Origin: an uncultured Desulfobacter sp.
GTDB lineage: Bacteria > Desulfobacterota > Desulfobacteria > Desulfobacterales > Desulfobacteraceae
Direction: 5' to 3'
Assembly: GCA_963665095.1 (NCBI GenBank)
Contig: OY762069.1
Span: 6,080,001-6,144,000 of the forward strand
Length of the DNA: 64,000 nt
Shown here: positions 1 through 7,985 of the stretch, piece after piece
Layout: each line of letters opens with the position of its first letter
How positions within the stretch are numbered: the stretch's first letter is position 1
Made by a program: the position numbers and the translations under genes
Notes under the pieces: model-generated
Database searches by the model: none
What the model was told of the DNA's origin: nothing
What the model saw: the letters and a program-made list of their open reading frames with translations, nothing else

Positions 1-1071
1 CCCATCAAACTGTACACCCAGGTGGCAGACAATTTTGATGCACTCAGGGCAAGAGCGGAGTCCCTTTTGTTTGGTTCCCAGGATGAAATGCGAAAAATTG
101 ATCTTCTGGATAAAATGAAGCAGAACACCCGGATGCCTTGGCTTCCGGTGAAAGGCTTTGATTCGCTTGCGCTGGAAGCCTTCCAGCGGGGTTTCTGGGA
201 AGATTTAGGCAACGGCTATTATACAAAGTCCCCCAAACCCAAGACCACGGAAGTGATCATCACCGAGGATGGTGCCCCGGATGACGAGGGCAAAGTTCGC
301 TTAAAAGTAGACAGTGTCAATGCAGGAAGCACGCCTAAAATCTATTATGAAGAGGATGGAGACGTCAGCGAATCAAGTCCCCAACTAAAAGAAAACATCC
401 TGGTAACCCAGGCGTTGCGGGTGCAGTTCCTGGCCGTTGATCCCACCGGGAAAAATCAGACCGGAGATCCAACCACCTGGACCAACCGTCTTGTCATTCG
501 AAACAAATTCAATCCGGCATCCCGGACCCTTGAGCTGTTTGTTGCCCCCAAAGGGACTATTCGCTACACACTTGACGGCTCTGAACCCAGAAACGGTACC
601 GATTATACAGACCCGATTCAACTGGTGAATGAAGAGATAAAGGTTTATGTTTTTGCCGAGTGTGACGGACTGGATGTTAAAAAAGAGTTTACCCTTCCCG
701 GTGCAGATAACAAGGACGTTCCCATCAAACCCGATGTACCTGCCACTCTGCACAGCCCGTCGCCCAAACGTCTGGACAACTCAACCAAAGCTTATAAAGG
801 GCTGAAAACGGCCAAAGACAAAGATATTTTTTTTGAGCAGGTAACTCTCCAGGTCGGGTCTGCACCCAAGGCCGCTTTTTTAACACTGGGTGAAATGAAG
901 CTTAGTGCGGAGTTCATAGAAAAAGAGTTGAACCATCTTCAATCTTTGCTGTCACCGGAAGCACCGGTTGTTTTTTCCTTTAAAAAGGCACATTTTTCTT
1001 CCGGGTTTGACCTGGAACAATTTGCAAAAACACTGGAGATTGAAATCCAGCCAGGAGAAGTTGAGCAGTAA
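1..1071 (+). CDS. DUF499-family anti-phage ATPase, C-terminal part (5' end outside window); restriction-like system gene A
   Basis: Frame open from base 1; Fn3-associated/chitobiase-type repeat motif IRYTLDGSEP; directly precedes DUF3780 and DUF1156 genes in the usual order. Confidence 0.8.
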   Translation, partial: PIKLYTQVADNFDALRARAESLLFGSQDEMRKIDLLDKMKQNTRMPWLPVKGFDSLALEAFQRGFWEDLGNGYYTKSPKPKTTEVIITEDGAPDDEGKVRLKVDSVNAGSTPKIYYEEDGDVSESSPQLKENILVTQALRVQFLAVDPTGKNQTGDPTTWTNRLVIRNKFNPASRTLELFVAPKGTIRYTLDGSEPRNGTDYTDPIQLVNEEIKVYVFAECDGLDVKKEFTLPGADNKDVPIKPDVPATLHSPSPKRLDNSTKAYKGLKTAKDKDIFFEQVTLQVGSAPKAAFLTLGEMKLSAEFIEKELNHLQSLLSPEAPVVFSFKKAHFSSGFDLEQFAKTLEIEIQPGEVEQ

Positions 1072-1661
1072 TGGAAGAGACAACAGACTTTGGTGCCCCT
1101 GTTAAATTCGGTGTCCACCATTTTTATGTGGAGATCCCCCCGGGAAGCCGGGCTGCTGTCCGTATCTATGAAGATTACGGGTTCGATGGGGAGGAATCGG
1201 TTCGGGAAACCCATGTTTGCCGGGTGAATCTGGCCCGGGAGTTGTGGACCCGGATTCGGGATGATGCCCGACGGGATTTTAACACCAGGCTAAAGGCAAA
1301 AAAACGTAAGACCGGTTCCTGGAACGTGGGTAAAGTATTGTTGGATCGTTTTTTAGGCCGTGAGCTGTGCGTCCTGGCATGGGCCGCAGAACTGGCATCA
1401 CCGGATCAATGCGCAATTATTTGTCAAAAGTGGCTGGCATTAAGACCTGAGGAACGGTGGTGGCTCTTCAGCAAAACCGCATCGGAAGCAGGGCTTGAGG
1501 ACCAGGCAAACCGGGGATGGAGAAAGGCCCTTTATTGCGCCCTGTCCGACGGCACCAATGTCCGGGTTGCCCCTAAAAAGAGTCCTGCCGTGTTAAAAAA
1601 AAAGTCCCGGAACGAGTGTGAACTCTCTTTGTTCGAAAATATTGAAAGCGGAGATATATAA
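1071..1661 (+). CDS. DUF3780-family anti-phage-associated protein
   Basis: Motifs LDRFLGRELCVLAWA, WLALRPEERWWL and GWRKAL; stop/start overlaps with both neighbours. Confidence 0.85.
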   Translation: MEETTDFGAPVKFGVHHFYVEIPPGSRAAVRIYEDYGFDGEESVRETHVCRVNLARELWTRIRDDARRDFNTRLKAKKRKTGSWNVGKVLLDRFLGRELCVLAWAAELASPDQCAIICQKWLALRPEERWWLFSKTASEAGLEDQANRGWRKALYCALSDGTNVRVAPKKSPAVLKKKSRNECELSLFENIESGDI

Positions 1662-4600
1662 TGGCCTTAAGCCCGTTTGAATGGAAAGATAAACCGGCAT
1701 TAATTGAGTACCTGTTTCCAGTGCAGAAAATTTCTGCTGAGAGTTTTAAAGAGCAGATGGCAGGGGCCGGCAAAACCCTAACCGCGCTTGGCAGTTATTG
1801 GAAAGGCCGCAAACCTTTAATTTTAAACAAAGCCTGTATTTTGGGGGCGCTTCTTCCTATTTCAGACGATCTCCTAAAAGATCTTGAAATTTTTGAGCTA
1901 CTGATGGGGATGGATGCAGAATCCTTGGCTGTGCGCCATGGACGGATTAAACCCGCCGATGTTGCCCGCCGCCTGAAGGGACTTCAAACGGGAAACTGGT
2001 TCAGCTCACCAGATCCCGTTGACCATCTTCCGGATCAGACGCCTTTTGATATTGAAGACTATCCGGTCGAGGTGGAGTTGTTTGGAAAGAAAAAAACAGT
2101 CATACCGCGTTTATTATGGGCAGATTCCGTTCCAAACGAAGAGTGTTTACGGATAGAGGCAAAGGCTCTGCCCTATAAGAGCTACAAAGACAATGTCTCC
2201 GAAGCAAAGCGGTCGGAAGAGTTAGGGGATCAAGTCCACGCTCATATCTGGAGACGGGTAAATCAGCACCTTGGCACCTCAGCGTCCTCTTTTCCCAAGT
2301 TAATAGAGGAGATAGGTAGTGCCCGTTTCGGCAGACGCCCGAAAGTAGCAGATATTTTTTGCGGATCTGGTCAAATCCCCTTTGAAGCCGCCAGATTAGG
2401 GTGTGATGTGTACGCATCCGATCTTAACCCCATTGCCTGTTTACTCACATGGGGTGCTTTTAATATCGTAGGAGCCTGTAAGGAAAAAAGGAAAGAAATT
2501 GACATTGCTCAAAAAGAACTTGCTCAAAAAGTAAGGAAAGAAATTGATGATTTAGGTGTTGAAATTGATAGCAATGGTTGGCGCGCCAAAATTTTTATTT
2601 ATTGTATGGAAGTGATCTGCCCCGAAAGCGGTTGGAAAGTACCAATTTTACCTACTAGAATCATAAGTAAATCCAGTAAAGTCATCGCTACCCTAATCCC
2701 TCAACCTAACGAAAAACGCTATAAAATTGAAATTCGTCATGCTACTACAGAAGAGGAAATGAAATTAGCTATAATCGGTACAATTACTCGTGATAACAAA
2801 TATGGTGAAGCACACGTAACCCATCAGATAGGAGGCACGCTTTATCGCACTAAGATATCAACTCTACGAGGTGATTATCAACGACCTGATGGAACCACCG
2901 CTAATCGTTTGAGAATGTGGGAGAAAAGCGATATAAAACCCCGCCAGGATGACATCTTTCAAGAGCGACTTTATTGTATACAATGGATGAGACCTAAAAA
3001 GAAAGGCCGAGCATTTGAGTATGAATTTCGGTCAGTGAACGAGGAAGACATCAAAAGGGAGAACATTGTTGAAAACTATGTCGCTGAACATCTTAACGAA
3101 TGGCAAGAATTTGGGTTCATTCCAGATATGAAAATTGAAGTTGGAGGACCGCCACGCTACCAAGGCAAAGATCTAATAAAATCTAGAGGGTGGACTCATT
3201 GGAATCACATTTTTAATCCACGGCAGTTGTTAGTCGGAGGGATAGCAAAAAAATATAGTTCAGCAATAGTCTATCCAAGTATAGCGAGAATACTTAATGT
3301 AAATTCGAAATTAAGCAGATGGCATAGTGCAAGAAACTATGTAACTGAAACATTTGACAATCAAGCCTTGAATACTATTTATAACTACGGTACACGAAGT
3401 GCTTTTTATTCACTTGAATTATTAGGTAATAGAAAGAATACATATGAAGTTACTACGCAATACACAATAAACTCCCATCCCGCGCAATCTTTAGATATTA
3501 TAAGCGATTTATTTATTACAGACCCCCCTTATGGTGATGCCGTCAAATATGAAGAGATTACTGATTTCTTCATTGCCTGGCTAAGAAAAAATCCCCCGGA
3601 AGAATTCTCCCACTGGACCTGGGACAGCAGGCGTTCTCTGGCCATCAAAGGAGAAGATGAAGGCTTTCGCAGGGGCATGATTGCAGCTTACCGTAAAACC
3701 GCTGAGATGATGCCGGACAATGGCATCCAGGTTCTGATGTTCACCCATCAAAGTGGAGCCATCTGGGCGGACATGGCCAATATCATCTGGGCAGCAGGTC
3801 TCCAGGTTACGGCAGCCTGGTATGTGGTTACAGAAACGGATTCAGCCTTGCGTCAGGGCGCCAACGTCAAAGGCACCATCATCCTGATTTTACGCAAACG
3901 GCATGAAATTAAGGAAACCTTCCGGGATGACCTGGGCTGGGATATCGAAGAGGCAGTCAAAGAACAGGTGGAATCATTGGTGGGCCTGGATCAATCAGTC
4001 AGGGCCACAGGGGCCGAAGGGCTGTACACTGATGCCGACCTTCAAATGGCGGGATATGCAGCGGCATTGAAAGTGCTGACAGCCTATTCCATAATCGACG
4101 GGAAAGATATGGTAACAGAGGCCGAAGCCCCACGGGTGCCGGGAAAAAAGACCTTTGTGGATGATCTCATTGAATTTGCCGTACAGACAGCGGTTCAGTT
4201 TCTGGTGCCCACGGGGTTTGAAGCCGGTGTGTGGAGAAACCTTCAGCCTGTTGAACGGTTTTACCTTAAAATGGCCGATGTCGAGTTCCAGGGAGGCAAA
4301 ACCCTGGACAATTATCAAAACTTTGCCAAGGCATTCAAGGTGGTTCATTTTGATCAGGTGATGAGTGATGCGTCCAGGGCCAATGCAGCGCGGCTCAAGC
4401 TCTCCTCGGAATTTAAAGGCACCTTGATGTCCGGCGATGCTGAAATCGCCGGAACCCCTTTGCGTGCTGTTCTTTTCGGGCTTTATGAAATCAATCGGGA
4501 CATTGACATTGAAGAGGTTTTGGCCCATCTAATGGAAGTTTGCCCCAATTATATGGCCAATAAGGCCTTGCTTTCCACCATGGCAGATTATCTGGCCCAG

Positions 4601-4699
4601 AAACGCCAGAGCCTGAAAACAACCAAGAAATTCCGTCCGGATAAAGAAGCTGAAGCCGCCAGAATTCTGGCTGAAGCGATCCGGAATCAAAGGTTATAA
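1661..4699 (+). CDS. DUF1156-domain amino (probably N6-adenine) DNA methyltransferase
   Basis: N-terminal LGSYWKGRKPL, SAM-binding DIFCGSG, catalytic TDPPY. Confidence 0.9.
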   Translation: MALSPFEWKDKPALIEYLFPVQKISAESFKEQMAGAGKTLTALGSYWKGRKPLILNKACILGALLPISDDLLKDLEIFELLMGMDAESLAVRHGRIKPADVARRLKGLQTGNWFSSPDPVDHLPDQTPFDIEDYPVEVELFGKKKTVIPRLLWADSVPNEECLRIEAKALPYKSYKDNVSEAKRSEELGDQVHAHIWRRVNQHLGTSASSFPKLIEEIGSARFGRRPKVADIFCGSGQIPFEAARLGCDVYASDLNPIACLLTWGAFNIVGACKEKRKEIDIAQKELAQKVRKEIDDLGVEIDSNGWRAKIFIYCMEVICPESGWKVPILPTRIISKSSKVIATLIPQPNEKRYKIEIRHATTEEEMKLAIIGTITRDNKYGEAHVTHQIGGTLYRTKISTLRGDYQRPDGTTANRLRMWEKSDIKPRQDDIFQERLYCIQWMRPKKKGRAFEYEFRSVNEEDIKRENIVENYVAEHLNEWQEFGFIPDMKIEVGGPPRYQGKDLIKSRGWTHWNHIFNPRQLLVGGIAKKYSSAIVYPSIARILNVNSKLSRWHSARNYVTETFDNQALNTIYNYGTRSAFYSLELLGNRKNTYEVTTQYTINSHPAQSLDIISDLFITDPPYGDAVKYEEITDFFIAWLRKNPPEEFSHWTWDSRRSLAIKGEDEGFRRGMIAAYRKTAEMMPDNGIQVLMFTHQSGAIWADMANIIWAAGLQVTAAWYVVTETDSALRQGANVKGTIILILRKRHEIKETFRDDLGWDIEEAVKEQVESLVGLDQSVRATGAEGLYTDADLQMAGYAAALKVLTAYSIIDGKDMVTEAEAPRVPGKKTFVDDLIEFAVQTAVQFLVPTGFEAGVWRNLQPVERFYLKMADVEFQGGKTLDNYQNFAKAFKVVHFDQVMSDASRANAARLKLSSEFKGTLMSGDAEIAGTPLRAVLFGLYEINRDIDIEEVLAHLMEVCPNYMANKALLSTMADYLAQKRQSLKTTKKFRPDKEAEAARILAEAIRNQRL

Positions 4700-4713
4700 A
4701 AGGAGCCAGCTTA

Positions 4714-5889
4714 ATGCCGGACAATGAACATAAAATTTTTGACGAGTGCATTGAAGAGACCATTGAGATCGAAATATCAGATCTGACCCCTGATCCGGAA
4801 AGTGAGGATGAGGGCATCGAGTTCTTAATGGAAGACCCCTTTAATCCGTCTGAAATTAACATCATCTCCAAGCCGGATTCTTTAAGGAATATCATTGAAC
4901 GGCTCAAGTATGGTGAAATTGACATGAATACGGATTTCCAGCGGCATGCAGAGCTTTGGAACAACCTGAAAATGTCACGTCTCATTGAATCAATTCTTAT
5001 TCGTTTCCCCTTGCCGCCCTTTTATTTTGACGCCTCCAACGATGAAAACTGGCTGATCGTGGATGGCTTGCAGCGTTTATCGGCCATTCGAAAATTTGTG
5101 ATTGAAAAAGACAACAGAAAAAAATTAAGGCTCAGCGGGCTTGAATACCTGGGAAAATTCCAGGGCTATGATTATGAGATGCTGCCAAGAACCTATCAGC
5201 GCCGGATTGACGAGTGCCCCTTGACCCTGTTTTTGATCCAGCCAGGAACACCTGAGACGGTGAAATACTCCATTTTTAAACGGATCAATACCGGCGGGGT
5301 TGTGCTCAATGACCAGGAGATCCGAAACGCCATGACCAAACCCGAGATCCGAAGATTTCTTGAGGATCTCGCGGACGACGAATATCTTAAAAAAACCATA
5401 GGGGACCAGAGCCGCCGCATGGTGGACCAGGAGATGGCGCTTCGATTTCTGGCTTTCCGGTTTCTGGATTATGAAAAAAGTAAAAAAAATATTTCCACCT
5501 TTTTAGATGAAATGATTTATGTGTTACAAAAAGCCGACTCATCGGCACTTGAACAATATAAAGAGGCGTTCAAAACAGCGGTTAAAAGATGCTGGCTGAT
5601 TTTTGGCGAGAGTGCTTTTGAAAAAGTGACAAACGGGCAGTACACCAGGCGAAAACGAAAAAACTCCACCCTTTTTGAAGTATGGACCAATGCCGTGTCC
5701 CTGTTGTCTGAGGCCCAGGCCCAGGCGCTTATTCAATCCAAAGCCAGCCTGATACAAAAACATCTGGACTTAATGGCAAATGACAATGACTATTTTCGGT
5801 CAATCACTTACTCCACCCAGAAAAAGGATCATTTTCGCATTCGCAAAGAGAAGGTGGCCAGAATTATAAAGGAGGTGTTAGATGCTTGA
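4714..5889 (+). CDS. DUF262 (ParB-like) domain protein; Menshen NsnA-like
   Basis: FQR..W, LIESIL, IVDGLQRL and IFKRINTGG motifs typical of DUF262. Confidence 0.85.
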   Translation: MPDNEHKIFDECIEETIEIEISDLTPDPESEDEGIEFLMEDPFNPSEINIISKPDSLRNIIERLKYGEIDMNTDFQRHAELWNNLKMSRLIESILIRFPLPPFYFDASNDENWLIVDGLQRLSAIRKFVIEKDNRKKLRLSGLEYLGKFQGYDYEMLPRTYQRRIDECPLTLFLIQPGTPETVKYSIFKRINTGGVVLNDQEIRNAMTKPEIRRFLEDLADDEYLKKTIGDQSRRMVDQEMALRFLAFRFLDYEKSKKNISTFLDEMIYVLQKADSSALEQYKEAFKTAVKRCWLIFGESAFEKVTNGQYTRRKRKNSTLFEVWTNAVSLLSEAQAQALIQSKASLIQKHLDLMANDNDYFRSITYSTQKKDHFRIRKEKVARIIKEVLDA

Positions 5890-6985
5890 ATTTATCCGTA
5901 TACAAAGGTTCAAATCGCTGAATGACGCCTCGTTTCCCCTGGCAGGATTAAATCTTTTCAGCGGGTTGAACGGTATGGGCAAATCCTCCCTGATACAGAC
6001 GCTTCTATTGCTTCGGCAGTCCATGGAAAAAAATGCATTAATGGATAAAGGGCTGCTGTTAAAAGGCGAGTACGTGACCCTGGGAACCGGCAAAGATATT
6101 TTAACGGAGAATGTGAACGAAGAAAACATCTGCTTCACATTAACCTTTCAGGGAGCGTCGCCTGTAAATTTTTCGTTTAATTATGCGGCAAACTCAGACC
6201 TGCAGCCCTTGCTCAAAACGCCTGAAGATTTGCCGAAACCTCTACCTGCACTGTTTACAAAAGCATTTCAATACTTATCTGCCGAGCGTATCGGGCCAAA
6301 ATCCGTTTATGATGCATCCGATTATTATATTAAAAGCATGAACTCCATTGGCAATCATGGGGAGTACACGGCCCATTATATTGCTGAATACGGGCTTTCC
6401 AACATACATATAAAGGCATTAAAGCACGACAGGGCCGTTTCCGATTCTCTGTTGGAAAATCTGGATAAATGGATGTCTGAGATATCTCCGGGTATCCGGA
6501 TCAAGGCCCAGCTTCATCCGGCCACCAATTCCGTATTTTTGAACTATGTTTTTGAACAGGGACCGGAAGTTACAGCAGAATTCAAGCCGGAAAATGTCGG
6601 TTTCGGATTGACATTTGTACTGCCTGTCCTGGTTGCCATTCTCAGGGCAGAGCCCGGGGATATGATCATTGTTGAAAACCCGGAAGCCCATCTTCACCCA
6701 GGAGGGCAATCTGTTTTAGGACGGTTGTGCGCCATTGCCGCCGCCAATGGGGCTCAGTTGTTCATCGAGACCCACTCGGATCATTTCCTTAACGGTGTCA
6801 GGGTGGCCGTAAAAGAAGGAGATATAGCCAGTTTCGAGGTAAATCTGTTTTATCTGGAGCGCAATGACGCATCCATCCATGAATCCCTCGTTGTTACGCC
6901 GCAGATTGATGACCAGGGCAGGATCGATATCTGGCCAAGGGGATTTTTTGATGAAGCAGACATACAGCTGGAGAAGCTTTTATGA
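5882..6985 (+). CDS. ABC-type (AAA_21-like) ATPase with C-terminal DUF3696; Menshen NsnB-like
   Basis: Walker A GLNGMGKS, signature-like VGFG, Walker B IIVENPEAHLHP, ETHSDH, C-terminal WPRGFFDE. Confidence 0.85.
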   Translation: MLEFIRIQRFKSLNDASFPLAGLNLFSGLNGMGKSSLIQTLLLLRQSMEKNALMDKGLLLKGEYVTLGTGKDILTENVNEENICFTLTFQGASPVNFSFNYAANSDLQPLLKTPEDLPKPLPALFTKAFQYLSAERIGPKSVYDASDYYIKSMNSIGNHGEYTAHYIAEYGLSNIHIKALKHDRAVSDSLLENLDKWMSEISPGIRIKAQLHPATNSVFLNYVFEQGPEVTAEFKPENVGFGLTFVLPVLVAILRAEPGDMIIVENPEAHLHPGGQSVLGRLCAIAAANGAQLFIETHSDHFLNGVRVAVKEGDIASFEVNLFYLERNDASIHESLVVTPQIDDQGRIDIWPRGFFDEADIQLEKLL

Positions 6986-7974
6986 CAGCCTGCCTTGTCT
7001 TCAACCATCATTGCCTGCCCTTTGAATCTCCAAAACGTGCGGATGAAGCGGTGCCGGACTTTCTTAGAGTGTGCATTAAGGCGCAAAATATCGGCCTTGG
7101 GACGATCCTGGTGGATGAGTCCATTGATAAGGAGTGGTTCCGTCTTGAATTGGCCAGCCGCTATTTCTGGCAGGACTGGCACAATAAAGTTCAATCCGGG
7201 GATGACAGTATCGCCAAAGATCAGATCCGGGCCTTTCGTTCTATTGCTACCCGCCAGCCTTTTTTTTCCACCAAAGATATCAATGAAAATGTTGATCTGT
7301 TTGAAGTCAGTTTTGATGATGATTCCTCTTTTTCGGCTCTTCGGGCTGCGGCCTGGCACGAGGCCCCTCTTGCAGGCTTTCCCACCCGCGCCCCATGGCT
7401 GGACTCTCCTTTAACTGTGATAGTCGAAGAACTTGACCAAGAAGGCGACATCAAGCAACGCAGCCTTGACCTGATGAATTTCTTTACCCTGGAAAGTTTT
7501 GAACAATGCAGTAATGCAATTCTGGAAAAAAGAAACGCTTTAATCCGTTCAGGTAAAGAGCTTTTCGATGAAAAAGAACACCTTTTTCCCGGTTTGTCTT
7601 TTTGCGGGAAAGCACCCCAGCAGTTGCGTCATTGGTCGGCAGAACCCTCTATTTTAGATCAGGTCAAAGAAGCTTTGACTGTTTTGAATCGATTCTGCGG
7701 TGTATGGGGGGAAGCCAAGTATCCAGAATACCGCCATGATGTTTTACGGGATCTTGGATTGAATCACGAGGTCAGCGGAGAATCAACTCCTTTGTTAAAC
7801 AATCGGAAGTTAAAGCAGGAACGGGAATTCTGGCTTCCCACGGGCAAAAAAGAAGTTTTTCAAAACCATGTTAAATTGAACAAAGGCTTTCGACTTCATT
7901 TTTTTCCGGACCAGCATTCAAAAAAGATTTTTATCGGGTATATCGGTCCCCATCTTAGGACGTTAGACGATTAA
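6982..7974 (+). CDS. Hypothetical effector with RelE-like C-terminus; Menshen NsnC candidate
   Basis: ATGA overlap with the ATPase; C-terminal HVK..GFRLHFFPD..KIFIGYIGPHL resembles the RelE/ParE-fold terminal strands. Confidence 0.55.
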   Translation: MTACLVFNHHCLPFESPKRADEAVPDFLRVCIKAQNIGLGTILVDESIDKEWFRLELASRYFWQDWHNKVQSGDDSIAKDQIRAFRSIATRQPFFSTKDINENVDLFEVSFDDDSSFSALRAAAWHEAPLAGFPTRAPWLDSPLTVIVEELDQEGDIKQRSLDLMNFFTLESFEQCSNAILEKRNALIRSGKELFDEKEHLFPGLSFCGKAPQQLRHWSAEPSILDQVKEALTVLNRFCGVWGEAKYPEYRHDVLRDLGLNHEVSGESTPLLNNRKLKQEREFWLPTGKKEVFQNHVKLNKGFRLHFFPDQHSKKIFIGYIGPHLRTLDD

Positions 7975-7985
7975 AGGACAGCCTA

